Assembly (NCBI GenBank): GCA_963751275.1
Contig: CAVVTZ010000006.1
Span: 12,365-76,364 of the forward strand
Direction: 5' to 3'
DNA: 64,000 nt
DNA from: an uncultured Gemmatimonadaceae bacterium
GTDB lineage: Bacteria; Gemmatimonadota; Gemmatimonadetes; Gemmatimonadales; Gemmatimonadaceae
Shown here: piece after piece, positions 11,360-22,768 of the stretch
Layout of the letters: every line of letters begins with the position of its first letter
How positions within the stretch are numbered: the first letter of the stretch is position 1
Translations under genes and position numbers: made by a program
The notes under the pieces: generated by a model
What the model was told of the DNA's origin: nothing
The model's input: only the letters and a program-made list of their open reading frames with translations
Databases searched by the model: none

Positions 11360-11402
11360 TGTCGAAGTGGTCCGCGAGTCCCGCGCCCCGCGCCCCGCGC
11401 CG

Positions 11403-11885
11403 TTACTTCGCTCCGATCGGCGCGCCGTCGTTCCGAATGTCCACGGCGCAGCGCCACTGACCGTCCGCATCGAGACGCCAGATGGTGACGCCGCGGCCGG
11501 CGAAGGTGGCGGTCTTGCCGTCGCCGCCTTTCATGGTGACGGTCTGCACGGAGGTCATGTAGGCGGTCTTGCCGTCGGGGGAGAAGACGGGATTCTCCGA
11601 TTTCCAATTGATGCTGAAGCCCGGCAATTTCAGGGCGCTCTCGACGTAGGCGCGGATCGCGGCCTTGCCGACGTACGACGGCTGGCCGGGGGGAACGACG
11701 ATGGCATCATCGCTCCAATAGGAGACGATGGAGTCGATATTCTTTCCCGCGAAGGCAGTGGCGGCCCAGATGGAGTCGCGGGCGAGGAGTTTTGCGCCGA
11801 GGGCGGCGGTGTCGATCGGCGCGGGGGCGGGCGCGGTGCAGGCGGCGAGGGCGAATACGATCGTGGCGAGGAGTGAGGATCTCAT
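11403..11885 (-). CDS. NTF2-like (DUF4440/SnoaL-like) lipoprotein
   Basis: Lipobox LAAC; YWSDDAIVVPPG; VTIWR...DGQWRC. Confidence 0.82.
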   Translation of the reverse strand: MRSSLLATIVFALAACTAPAPAPIDTAALGAKLLARDSIWAATAFAGKNIDSIVSYWSDDAIVVPPGQPSYVGKAAIRAYVESALKLPGFSINWKSENPVFSPDGKTAYMTSVQTVTMKGGDGKTATFAGRGVTIWRLDADGQWRCAVDIRNDGAPIGAK

Positions 11886-11939
11886 GGAAGGCCTTAGGTG
11901 GGAGAGTACAAGGACGAGAGAGATGCAGTAGACAGTAAA

Positions 11940-12096
11940 CAGTGATCCAGAACGGCACGGCAGTCTACAGTCGACAGTCTACAGCCCACAGAAAACAGAT
12001 CACGAACGGCGTGAGGATCATCGAGGCACTCGTCCAACAGTTTTCTGTGGACTGTAGACTGTCGACTGTAGACTGCCGTGCCGTTCTGGATCACTG
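11940..12096. repeat. Long inverted repeat containing CAGTC(T/G)A heptamers
   Basis: 57-bp arms at 11940-11996 and 12040-12096, one mismatch. Confidence 0.92.
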
Positions 12097-12150
12097 GTCA
12101 CTGTTGACTGCAGCGTTACCGCCACTGGTGATGATGTTCGCAGTTCGCCT

Positions 12151-14737
12151 TCAAGGTTTCACCACCCGACTCATCCACGAATCCCCATGATACTCCCTCT
12201 GCAGCAATGTCGCCCGCTTGAGATCCTGCGACACCGTGACATCCGCCGCGCGCACGGGAATATTGCCCACCAACTTCATATCGCCCGGCCCGCTCGCTTT
12301 GTACAGCGCGATCGTCTCCGCCGTGGGCCAGACATGCAGGAGGAAGCCGCCGCCCTCGAGCGCCGACACGTCCACGCCCTCCGAGAACGCACCGCCCCAG
12401 CGCACCGGCGTGCCTCCGTCCACGGACACGACGGCGACGCCGAGCGTATCGAAGGTGCCGTTGTTCCAGCCCGCGATGGCGATGTGTGAGCCGTCGGCGC
12501 TCGCGCGGAGGTCGCTCACCTGGCCGAACCATGACGGCGGCTTGATCTCCTTGGTCGCGCCGCCGCGCAGGATCATCAGGCGGTCGGACGTCGCGGGGAT
12601 ATAGGCCCAACCGTCGGGGAGCGCGATCACGGCACGGTAGATCGAATCGGGCAGGTCCACCGAGCGCAGCACGGCGCCGCTGCGGACGTCGGTGAGCGCC
12701 ACGTGCGAACCGGTGGCGTTCTGCGTGCGCACGAGCAGCGTGACGGAGTCCGCCCAATTCCACGCGACCGGCGTTCCCTGCGTGCTCACGGGCTGCTCGG
12801 ATCCGCCGTCGAATGGCATGACCGACAGCCGCCGCTCCAATGCGCCCGTGCTCGACGGCAGGACGCGCATCACGAGGATGCGCGCACCGTTCGGCGCGAT
12901 GAGCGGGTACACGGTGTTCGAGGACTTCACGAAGCGCTTCGGCTCGGCGAGGCGGCCCTTGAGCAGGTCCGCGACGTCCAGCGCCCACGCGGAGCTCTCG
13001 GTGCTGCCTTCGTCGATCACCATCGATCCGCCGTCGGCGGTGACGGTGAAGTTATTGAAGCGCCCCGCGTACAGCGTATCCTGCCGCTCGGCGAGACGCC
13101 CGTTGGACGGATCGAGTCCCACGCGCACGATCGATTCGAACCCCTGCCCCGCGCGCGTGAGCCAGAGCGCGCCGTTGCTGAGCACGCCGGGACAGGTGCA
13201 CGAATTGAGCACCTTGTCCGCCACCTTGCCGCTGCGGTCGATCACCTGCCAGAGCCCGTGCCCGCGCTGCACGATGAGCGCGCACGATCCAATTGCCGTC
13301 GGGGGAGACGCTGAGTCCCGTGATGCCGGTGCCGAGTCCCGCGACCTTGATGCTGTCGTGCACGATGCCGCTGAGCGACGTGATGCGCACGAAGTGGATG
13401 GAGTCGACGTTGGCGGATGGCGGGGTGATGAGCAGCGAGTCGCCGCCCGCCCAGAAGGTGGCGGTGCCGGGCGTGAGGAACACCGGCGGTCCGCCGAGCG
13501 CGGAGACCAGGTAGGCGCCGAAGCGACCGTTGATCGTGCCGGTGAAGATGAGCCCGCGGCGGTCGCGGCTCCACTCGAGCGCGCTCACGGCGGTGGCCTT
13601 GTCGAGGATCCGGTGCGTGCTCGTGCCACCGACATCCTGCACGTCCAGCGCGTACGTGCACGCGGCCGCGCTGCAGTTCTGCGTCATGATGGCGAGCTGC
13701 TTGCCATCGGACGAGATGGCGGAGCCCAGCGTGTTCCCCGAGAAGGTGAGCTGGGTGCGGTCGCGCAGGGCGAAGTTCGCGCCGTGGCGGCCGAACTTGC
13801 CGGTGGCGATGAGCGCGGCGATCGCGACGACCAGCGCGACCGCGGCGGCGCCGATCGCGATCGTGAGGTTCCGGCCGCGCGGGCTCGGCGCCGGCTCGAC
13901 GACGGGCTTGAGCTCGAGGGCGCGCGCGAACTCGCCGGCACTGGGGAAGCGGTCGGCGGGAGTCTTGTCGAGCGCCTTCGCGACGGCGGCGTCCACCGTG
14001 ACCGGAATCGATTCGCGCACGACGCGCAGATGCGTCGGGCGTTCCATCATGAGCTTCGCGATCATCGCCTGCGCGCTGGGGCCGGTGACGGGCGGCTCGC
14101 CGGCGAGCATCTCGTAGAGCACGGCGGCGAGCGAATAGACGTCGCTGCGCGCGTCGAGCGTGCGGTCGCCGGTGGCCTGCTCGGGGGACATGTACTGCGG
14201 CGTGCCCAGGGAGAGGCCCGTTTCGGTGAGGCGGTTGCCGCCGGCTTCCTTCACCGCGAGCGCGATGCCGAAGTCGGCGAGCATCGCCTCCCCTTCCTGC
14301 AGCAGGATGTTCTCGGGCTTGATGTCGCGGTGGACGACACCGTGGCGGTGCGCGTAGTCGAGCGCGCTGGCGATCTGCTTGGTGATCATGATCGCTTCGT
14401 CGAGGCCGAGCTGCTTGTCGCGCTTCAGTTTGTCGCGGAGGCTCTCCCCGCGCACGTACGGCAATACATAGTAGAAGAACGAATCCGCGACGCCCGAATC
14501 GATGAGCGTGAGGATATGCGGATGATCGAGCCGCGCGGTGATCTTGATCTCGGCGAGGAAGCGGTCGGAGCCGAGGACGGCGCCGAGTTCCGGGCGGAGG
14601 ATCTTGAGCGCGACCTCGCGTTCGTGCTTGAGGTCGAAGGCGAGGTAGACCGTGGCCATGCCGCCGGAACCGAGCTCGCGTTCGAGGCGATAGCGATCGG
14701 CCAGGGCGGATTGGAGGCGCGGCGGGGCGTCGAGCAT
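12151..14737 (-). CDS. Ser/Thr protein kinase with TM helix and TolB-like beta-propeller region (frameshift near 13280)
   Basis: LGSGGMATVY, VALK, HRDIKPEN, DFG, GTPQYMSPEQ; continues in ORF 12151..13272. Confidence 0.92.
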
Positions 14738-14826
14738 CGGGCTCCGATAGGGGGTTATGGGCAGAGCAAAGTTAGCCGACCCACACAGAACTTGCGAGCC
14801 ATTCACGACTGAAGGCGTACGTCGCA

Positions 14827-15065
14827 ACCCGAACGCCGTGAGGCGTGAGGCGTACGTCGAACCGACTGGACGGCGTGAGGCGAAACCCGAAGGCCGTGAG
14901 TCGAGACCCGAAGGCCGTGACTCGCAACCCGAACACCGTCCGTAGGGGACTCACGGCCCTCAGGTCGCGACTCACGTAGTCCGGGTCTCGCCTCACGGGG
15001 CTCGGGTTTCGCCTCACGCCGTACAGTCCGTTCGACGTACGCCTCGCGCCTCACGGTGTTCGGGT
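14827..15065. repeat. Palindrome built from about 21-bp units (cgtgaggcgaaacccgaaggc-like)
   Basis: Arm 14827-14890 is complementary to 15002-15065 with a few mismatches; 21-bp period inside. Confidence 0.85.
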
Positions 15066-15101
15066 GACCAATGACGGTGTTCGGGGTTGGTGCGACAACG
15101 C

Positions 15102-15161
15102 TTGACAGTGCGCTCGTGAGTCGGTAGTATACCTAGCCAGCTATACCTAACTACGTGGGTA
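15102..15161 (+). promoter_or_regulatory. sigma70 promoter of padR with probable operator
   Basis: TTGACA (15102)-N17-TAGTAT (15125), then TATACCTA twice and the palindrome TACCTA-N6-TGGGTA (15144-15161). Confidence 0.75.
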
Positions 15162-15169
15162 ATGATTTC

Positions 15170-15505
15170 ATGGCCAAGCCGAAGAATGACATCCTGCAGG
15201 GCACCCTCGCCCTGATCGTCCTCAAGACCCTCGCCTCGCGCGGGCCGATGCATGGCTACGCCATCACGCAGCTCATCCAGGAGCGGTCGGCCGAACTGTT
15301 GCGGGTGGAGGAAGGGTCGCTCTACCCCGCCCTCCGGCGCATGGAGGAGGATGGGTGGGTGAAGGGCAAATGGGGGATCACCGACAAGAACCGCAATGCG
15401 CGTTTCTACGCCATCACGGCGGCGGGGCGCAAGCAGCTCGCCGAGGAAGAAGAGAGCTGGCAGCGGCTCACCGCCGGCGTCGCGCGCGTCCTGCGCTTCG
15501 CCTAA
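15170..15505 (+). CDS. PadR-family transcriptional regulator (acidobacterial type)
   Basis: ILQGTL, MHGYAI, VEEGSLYPAL, ARFYAITAAG. Confidence 0.93.
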   Translation: MAKPKNDILQGTLALIVLKTLASRGPMHGYAITQLIQERSAELLRVEEGSLYPALRRMEEDGWVKGKWGITDKNRNARFYAITAAGRKQLAEEEESWQRLTAGVARVLRFA

Positions 15506-15528
15506 GCCCTCGTCACGGAGCACCGGCC

Positions 15529-18217
15529 ATGTCCTGGTTCAGCCGCATCACCAACGCCCTGCGCGATGAGCGCCTCTCCAAGGAACTCGAGCGCGAGCAG
15601 CGGTTCCATCTCGCCGAGCGCACGGACGCACTCATCGCGCTCGGCATGACGCCGGACGAAGCCGCCCACGAGGCGCGCAAGCAGTTCGGCAATCGCATGG
15701 GGCTCAAGGAGCGCGCGCGCGATGCGAGCGTGATCGGGTGGCTCGACTCCCTGCTCGCTGACGTGCGCTATGCGCTGCGGGGTCTCCTCGCCACGCCCGC
15801 CTTCACCGCGGTCGCCGTGCTCTCGCTGGCGCTGGGCATCGGGGCGAATAGCGCGATCTTCACGCTGGCGAACGCCCTCGTGTTCAAGGTGCTGCCGGTG
15901 CGCGACCCCGAGCAGATCCTCGCCGTCATCAAGAGCGAACCCGGCGACAACGATTTCACGAACCCGATCTGGGAGCAGATCCGCGACCGGAAGGACCTGC
16001 TTTGCGGGATCGTTCGCGTACGGCACCGACGAATTCAACCTCGCGAACGGTGGCGAACAGCGCAGCGTGCCGGGCGCCTGGGTGAGCGGCGATTTCTTCT
16101 CCGTGCTCGGCGTGCGTGCGGTGGCCGGCCGGCCATTGCTGGTGAGCGACGACGTGCGGGGGTGTGCGCCGATGGCGGTCGTGAGCGCCGGCTTCGCGAA
16201 GCGTGAGTACGGAAGCGCGGAAGCCGCGCTCGGACGGAGCATTTCGCTGAATGGTCACCCCTTCTCGATCGTCGGCGCGATCGACCCTGAATTCTTCGGC
16301 ATCGACGTCGGACGCACCGTGGACATTTACGCGCCTCTCTGCGGACAGAGCATCCTCTACGGCGCCGCGAAACTCGACCAACGTAGCAGCTGGTATTTGA
16401 ATGTTGGCGGCCGTCCGCCTGCGGGCGTGAGCCTCGCGCAGATGCAAGCGCGCCTCGCCGCGGCGTCACCAGCGATCCTCGCGGCGACGGTTCCTCTGAA
16501 CTGGTCGGCATCCGGGCGGGCGGGGTACTTCAGAGACGAAGCTGAACGTCATCCCGGCCGCGACGGGCTATTCCGGAAACGCGCGACCGGTACCGGGCCG
16601 CCCTCTTCACGCTCATGGCGGTGGTTGGCGTGGTACTCCTGATCGCGTGCGCCAACATTGCGAACCTGCTCCTGGCGCGCGCCGCAGCGCGCGAGCGCGA
16701 GATCGCGATCCGCCTCGCGATCGGTGCTGGACGCGGACGCGTCGTGCGGCAACTGCTCACCGAGAGCCTGGTGCTCGCGTTCCTGGGTGCCGGGATCGGG
16801 CTGCTGTTCGCCCGAGTGGGCGAGCGGCCTGTTGGTGGCGTTCATGTCGTCGAGCCGGCGGCCACTCTGGCTCGACCTCTCGCTCGATTGGCGTGTGCTC
16901 GGGTTCACGATCGGCGCGCCGCGGTGACCGCCGTGCTCTTCGGCCTCGTGCCGGCGTGGCGCGCGACGCGCGTCGATCCACAGGCGGCGCTTAAGGCGGG
17001 CGGGCGAGGGATGGTGGGCGGGGATTCGCGGCACCGACTGGGCAAGGCACTCGTGGTCGCCCAAGTCGCGCTCTCGCTCACACTCGTCGCGGCGGCCGGC
17101 CTGCTGGTGAACAGCTTCCGTCGGCTCACGCTCTTCGATCCGGGCTTCCGGCGCGATGGTGTGCTGATCGCGAGCGTCGATCTCACGAACACGGGACTCA
17201 AGGACAATGCGCTCGAGCAGGCCAAGACCGAAATGCTCCGCCGCGCACGCGCGATTCCCGGCGTCACCAATGCAAGCACCGCACTTCTTACACCGATCGG
17301 GAACATGGCGTGGAATGAGTTCATTGTCGTACCGGGAGTCTCTCCTCGCACACAGAATGACTCACTCGTCTATTTCAATCAGGTGAGCGACGGGTATTTC
17401 GCGACGCTCCGCAGCGCGCTCGTCGCCGGTCGTGATGTGACGGTGGAGGATGTCGCGCAGAAACGGCGCGTCGCCGTGGTGAACGAGACGATGGCGAAGC
17501 GCTGGTACGGCGCATGCGAGCGCGATCGGGCGCACGTTCCAGCTGACGACATTCGGGCGATACCTTGACGCCCCCGATCGAGGTGGTCGGCGTGGTGCGC
17601 GACGCGAAGTATCAGCGACTCGATGAAGACGACGCTCGCCACGGCCTATGTGCCGTCGAGCCAGGGTGATGCGAATGGGCCTCGGATCCAGCTCGTGATG
17701 CGCGGCACAGGCGACCCGAAGGCGCTGATCCCCGCCGTGCGAAAGTTCGCGGCCGCCGTGAGATCCGAAGGTCTCACTCGATTTCACGACGCTGGAGGCG
17801 CAGGTCGATGAGTCGCTCGCGCGACCAAGGCTGCTGGCGTCGCTGTCGGGGTTCATGGGCGCGCTGGCGTTACTGCTGGCGGTGGTCGGGTTGTACGGCA
17901 TGATGTCGTATGACGTAAATCGCCGGCGCAATGAGATCGGGATCCGGAAGGCGCTCGGCGCGGCGGATTCAGCGTTGTGGCGCATGGTCGTACGCGAGGC
18001 GTCGAGATTGATCTTCCTCGGCGTGGTGATCGGCGCGCTCATCGCGTTCGCGAGCACGCGGCTCATGAATGCATTCCTTTTCGGGCTGACGGCGACGGAT
18101 CCGGCGACATTCGTGATGGCGGCGGTGGTGCTCGGGGCGGCGGGGATGATCGCGGCGTTCCTGCCGGCGTGGAGGGCGAGTCGGATGTCGCCTATGGCAG
18201 CGTTGCGCGAGGAATGA
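15529..18217 (+). CDS. Duplicated MacB/FtsX-type orphan ABC permease (ADOP), several frameshifts
   Basis: LALGIGANSAIF, LLIACANIANLLLAR, EIAIRLAIGA, EIGIRKALGA, ending PMAALREE; follows padR. Confidence 0.9.
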
Positions 18218-18267
18218 GCCTTTAACTGCCCATCAGCACCAGACCGGGGAGGTTGCAGCTAACAGCA

Positions 18268-18443
18268 AACAGTCACGAGTGACTGCCAGTCTACAGTCAA
18301 CAGTCAACAGCTCACAGAAGTCAGTTCCACTCGCGCCTTGAGCGCCCGGCGCTGAGTCGGCGCAGAGAACTGCGATGCCGCTGGGGGCGTTCTCTGTGAG
18401 CTGTTGACTGTTGACTGTAGACTGGCAGTCACTCGTGACTGTT
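18268..18443. repeat. Perfect 51-bp inverted repeat with CAGTC(A/T)A heptamers between convergent genes
   Basis: 18268-18318 is the exact reverse complement of 18393-18443. Confidence 0.93.
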
Positions 18444-18487
18444 GGCGGTTGACTGCAGCCTGCACGGTCTGGTGATGAAGTGAGCCG

Positions 18488-19258
18488 TCACTCCCAGCGA
18501 AACACTTTCGACGCAATGGCAACACACACAAAGAACCCAACCACCAACGCCCCCACATCCCCCGCATGCGCGATCCATCCTTCCCCATTCCATATCCCAC
18601 TCATCAACGACACCCCATACGTGAGCGGCAGACAATACGCTACGCCCTTCAACCAACCCGGGAACGCCGCGATCGGCGCGAACAGACCCGAGATCGCGAT
18701 CATGGGATACAACACGATCGCCCCGATCGGCTGCGCAAAGCGCGCGGTGGGCACCAAGCTCGCGATGAGGAATCCGATCGCGAGAATGCTCCACGTGCTC
18801 AGGAGCACCGCGATCCCGAAGCTGACATAGGGGACATCCACGTTCGGCGGCAGATAGCGGCGGCCGGCGAGGATCATCAAGCACATCGTCACCGCCGTCA
18901 GCAGCAATTTCACCACCACGTGGGCGGTGAGGATCGTCGCGGGGCGCAGCGGCGTGGCGCGGAGGCGCTTCAGGATGCCACCCTCGCGGTAGATCGAGAT
19001 GATCGTCACCAGCGAAAGCACGGCGTTGATGGCGATGATGACCGCCACGAACACCGGCAGCCCGTTCCGCACGAAGCCCGTCACCGGCGCCTCGTTCGCC
19101 GTCGAGATCGCGTTCACCTTCGGCACCACCCGGCTCAGCACCACGTACGCGGCCACGGGCACGGCGATGCCGCCGATCGCGCCGAGCGGTTCGCGCAGAA
19201 AGATCTTGATCTCGAGCCACGTGAGGCGCGGCAGTCCGCGCAGGATATCGAGTCGCAT
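18488..19258 (-). CDS. ABC-2 type exporter permease
   Basis: YREGGILKRLRATPL, SGLFAPI, LPLTY; about 6 TM. Confidence 0.88.
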   Translation of the reverse strand: MRLDILRGLPRLTWLEIKIFLREPLGAIGGIAVPVAAYVVLSRVVPKVNAISTANEAPVTGFVRNGLPVFVAVIIAINAVLSLVTIISIYREGGILKRLRATPLRPATILTAHVVVKLLLTAVTMCLMILAGRRYLPPNVDVPYVSFGIAVLLSTWSILAIGFLIASLVPTARFAQPIGAIVLYPMIAISGLFAPIAAFPGWLKGVAYCLPLTYGVSLMSGIWNGEGWIAHAGDVGALVVGFFVCVAIASKVFRWE

Positions 19259-20181
19259 CAATCCTTGATCGAGTGGCCGGTGAGCTTGAGGAACACGTCC
19301 TCGAGATTCGGCAGCTCGGTGCGGAATTCCGACACGCGCATCCCGTTCTCCGAGATGCACTGGATGACATCGGTCACGAGATCGTTCCCCACGCCGCGCA
19401 CGGTATAGTTCGAGCCGCGCACGACCACCGACTCCACGCCGCGCACCGCGCGGAGCCGGTCGGCGGCCCCGGCGTATTCCGTCGTGAGCACCACCGAGCG
19501 CTCGGGGCAATGGCGGTCCACGAGATGCGCCGGCGTATCCACATCGATGATCCGCCCCTTCTCGAGGATGGCCACCCGGTCGCACAATCGCTCGGCTTCC
19601 TCCATGAGATGCGTCGTGAGGAACACCGTCTTGCCGCGCTCGCGGATGCCGCGCACGAGCTGCCAGATCGCGCGCCGCGCCTGCGGATCGAGCCCGGTGG
19701 TGAGTTCGTCGAGGAAGACGACCTCCGGATCGTTCACCAGCGCGAGCGCGATGAACAACCGCTGCTTCTGTCCGCCGGACAGTGTCATGAACCAGGCGTC
19801 GCGTTTGTCCTCGAGGCCGAGTTGCTCGAGCAGCTTCTCGCCGGCCGATGCGGGTTTGCGATAGAGCGCGGCCCACAGATGCACCGCCTCCCACACCTTG
19901 ATGCGCTTCTGCAGCTGCGCCTGCTGCAATTGCACGCCCACGCGCTCCTGCAGCGCGTACACATCGCGCACCGGATCGAGCCCGAGCACGGAGACCGTGC
20001 CGCCCTCGAAGCGTTTGAGCCCTTCGACGCACTCCATGGTGGTGGTCTTCCCCGCCCCATTCGGCCCGATCAGCCCGAAGATCTCGCCATCATTGACGGT
20101 GAAGGACACGTCGTTGACGGCGAGGAAGCTTCCGTAGCGCTTTGTGAGGCCCGTGACACTCACTACCGGCGCAGATGGCAT
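19258..20181 (-). CDS. ABC transporter ATP-binding protein (DrrA-like)
   Basis: GPNGAGKTT, LSGGQ, FLDE, TTH. Confidence 0.95.
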   Translation of the reverse strand: MPSAPVVSVTGLTKRYGSFLAVNDVSFTVNDGEIFGLIGPNGAGKTTTMECVEGLKRFEGGTVSVLGLDPVRDVYALQERVGVQLQQAQLQKRIKVWEAVHLWAALYRKPASAGEKLLEQLGLEDKRDAWFMTLSGGQKQRLFIALALVNDPEVVFLDELTTGLDPQARRAIWQLVRGIRERGKTVFLTTHLMEEAERLCDRVAILEKGRIIDVDTPAHLVDRHCPERSVVLTTEYAGAADRLRAVRGVESVVVRGSNYTVRGVGNDLVTDVIQCISENGMRVSEFRTELPNLEDVFLKLTGHSIKD

Positions 20182-20223
20182 TCAGAGAACATACTACAGA
20201 CTCGACTGACGGCTGTCGGCTTC

Positions 20224-20334
20224 GACTGCGAACGCATACGGCGACGTCGACTGGCGGCTGCGGCGTCGCTGCTACTGCGCGAGTCGTTGCAAGCGACAGT
20301 CGACAGTCGACAGTCGACGTCTGCAGTTCGCAGT
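20224..20334. repeat. Degenerate palindrome with CAGTCGA heptamers
   Basis: actgcgaac...gacgtcgactg pairs with cagtcgacgtc...gttcgcagt; (cagtcga) x3. Confidence 0.65.
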
Positions 20335-21600
20335 TACGGCGCTCCCGGCGAGAACGCCATCCCCCACGGCAGCGACAGCGACGACGAGACGCTGCTGATC
20401 TTCACGGCCGGCGTCGGGGAGCCGGTGGCCGCCAGCTGCGACGCCGTGTAGCGGACGATCGAGGCGCCTTCGTTGGCGGCCACCCACAGCGCGCCGCTGT
20501 CGTCGAAGGCGAGTCCGATCGGAACGTTCAGCGCGGCGCCCGTGATGATGACGGCGGGCACGGGCGCGCCGATCGCGTTCAGGTCGCTCGCGTGAAATTC
20601 CACGAGGGAATCGGCGATCGACGCCACCCACAAGTTCCCGTTCGCATCGAACGCGGCGGCGAGCGGGCCGGAGAGTCCCTGCGATCCGGTGACGGCCGCG
20701 TACGGCGTCGGCTGCCCAGAGACCGCGAGCTGCGCAGGCGAGAATCCGGCCACCGAATTCCCGTGGTAGTTCACCACCCAGAGGTCGCCGAGCTGGTCGA
20801 AGGCCAGGTCGAAGGGACGGTCGATCGAGCCGAGTGCGGCCGAGATCGTGACCACCGGCGTGAACGTACCGCCGGTGGCGGCCTGCGCGGCGCTGAACTC
20901 GAAGATCTTGTGCACCGCCTGGTCCGCGATCCAGAGATCGCCCGCGGCATCGATCGCGATCGCGGTCGGAGCTTGGATCGTCATACTGATGAGGAGTCGC
21001 GACGGCGTTGGATTGCCGGTGGACGTGACCTGCGACGCGGCGAAGTAGCGCAGCGTGTCGCTGCCGTTCACCATCCGAGATGCCGCCCATCGCATCCACG
21101 GCGAGATCGGTGGCGTTCTTGACGGTGCTCGAGCTGATGCCATTCCCCACGGTGATCGCCGGCGTGCGGCGAGCCGGTGGCCGCGAGCTGCGCCGAGGAG
21201 AATCCGCTGATCCGATTCGCCGTCTGAGCGGCTACCCAGAGAACGCCGGCGCTCGCCCAGGCACTGGTGTACGTCACCGTCGCCGACGCGGTGGCGCCGG
21301 ACGTGACCGCCGCCGGGCTGCCCGTGACGGCGCCCGCGTAGCCGGTGCCGACGATCGGATCGGCCGTCGTGCCGGGCTGCGCATGGATCGCGTACGTGCC
21401 GGTGTCGAGTCCCGAGATCGTTTGCGACGATGTGATCGTGCTGCGATATCCGTTGGGCCCGAGCACGGTGACGCGGCCCGTGACGCCGCCGGGCGCGGAG
21501 ATCGTGATCGCGAGCGAGCCGGAAGCACCACCGCCGGGGCTGGTGCTGGAGGTGCACGCGGCGAGCGAGCGAGGATGGCTCCGAGGTAGATGGGTTTCAT
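20334..21600 (-). CDS. NHL-repeat/beta-propeller lipoprotein, copy 1 (frameshifted)
   Basis: Repeated AFDxxGxLWV units; lipobox LAAC across a frameshift; paralogous to 24610..25905. Confidence 0.8.
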
Positions 21601-21737
21601 AGAGGAGCGACGAACTACTCGGAGGGCGAGCAACGGCAAACTTCAGACTTCAGACTCTAGACTTAGACTTGGAATACGAACGGCGTGCGTGCAGTCTAAC
21701 GTCTCAGTCTAACGTCTCAGTCTGCAGTACCGACTCC

Positions 21738-22640
21738 ATGCCCGAACTCCCGGACGTCGAGCTCTATGTCGAAGCACTCAGGGCGCGAGTAATGGGCACC
21801 ACGCTGACGCGGGTGCGCATCGCGAATCCCTTCGTGCTGCGCTCCGTCGATCCCCCGATCAACGACGCCGAGGGGCGCGTCGTGACCGGCGTGTCGCGGC
21901 TCGGGAAGCGGATCGTGATCGCGCTCGAGGGAGAACGCTTCCTCATCATCCATCTCATGATCGCGGGGCGCCTGCGGTGGCGCGCGAGCGGCACGAAGGT
22001 CCCGAAGAAGCGCGGGCTCGCGGCGTTCGAATTCCCGAGCGGGATGCTGCTCTTCACCGAGGAAGGATCGCAGCGGCGCGCGGCGCTCTGGTACGTGCGC
22101 GGTACGGCCGACCTCGCGGCGCACGATCCGGGCGGGATCGAGCCGCTCACCGCGACGCTCGCATCGTTCACCGCGGCGCTCACGCGCGAACGGCACACGC
22201 TCAAGCGCACGCTCACCGATCCGCACATCTTCGCGGGGATCGGCAATGCGTATTCCGACGAGATCCTGCACGCGGCACGATTGTCGCCGCTGCAACTCAG
22301 CACGAACCTCGATGCGAGCGAGATCGCGCGACTCTACGCCGCGACGCAGCGTACGCTCACGGAATGGACCGACCGCCTGCGCGCGGAGCTCGCCGGCGCA
22401 TTCCCCGAGAAGGTCACGGCGTTCCGCGAAGGGATGGCCGTGCACGGCCGCTACCGCCTGCCCTGCCCCGTGTGCGGTTCTCCGGTACAGCGCATCCGCT
22501 ACGCCGAGAACGAGGTGAACTACTGCGCCAAGTGCCAGACCGGCGGCCGCGTGCTCGCGGACCGCGGGCTGTCGCGGCTGCTGAAAGAGGACTGGCCGAG
22601 GTCGCTCGATCAGTGGGAGGAAAGACTCGGAACGACCTAA
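21738..22640 (+). CDS. Fpg/Nei-family DNA glycosylase
   Basis: N-terminal MPELPDVE, H2TH GIGNAYSDEIL, zinc finger CPVC...CAKC. Confidence 0.93.
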   Translation: MPELPDVELYVEALRARVMGTTLTRVRIANPFVLRSVDPPINDAEGRVVTGVSRLGKRIVIALEGERFLIIHLMIAGRLRWRASGTKVPKKRGLAAFEFPSGMLLFTEEGSQRRAALWYVRGTADLAAHDPGGIEPLTATLASFTAALTRERHTLKRTLTDPHIFAGIGNAYSDEILHAARLSPLQLSTNLDASEIARLYAATQRTLTEWTDRLRAELAGAFPEKVTAFREGMAVHGRYRLPCPVCGSPVQRIRYAENEVNYCAKCQTGGRVLADRGLSRLLKEDWPRSLDQWEERLGTT

Positions 22641-22745
22641 CGGCAGACTGTCGGCTGGCGGCTGTCGCCTGACGACCTGACGCCAGACTGTCGGCTGGCG
22701 GCTGTCGCTACGAACGCAGGCGACAGCCGCCAGCCGACAGTCTGC
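22632..22745. repeat. 40-bp tandem duplication plus one inverted copy
   Basis: acgacct(a/g)acg(g/c)cagactgtcggctggcggctgtcgc at 22632 and 22672; reverse complement at about 22718-22745. Confidence 0.85.
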
Positions 22746-22768
22746 ATTTGATGTTATAGTTATCCCCT

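Noticed and set aside
10585..11607. 340-aa methyltransferase with a long N-terminal extension
   Set aside because: The extension overlaps the NTF2-like gene in another frame; the methyltransferase-like sequence starts near 11350.
12692..14812. 706-aa plus-strand ORF
   Set aside because: Antisense shadow of the Ser/Thr kinase.
14827..15065. Possible CRISPR or iteron array
   Set aside because: Units are contiguous, degenerate and mirror-arranged; there are no spacers and no rep gene.
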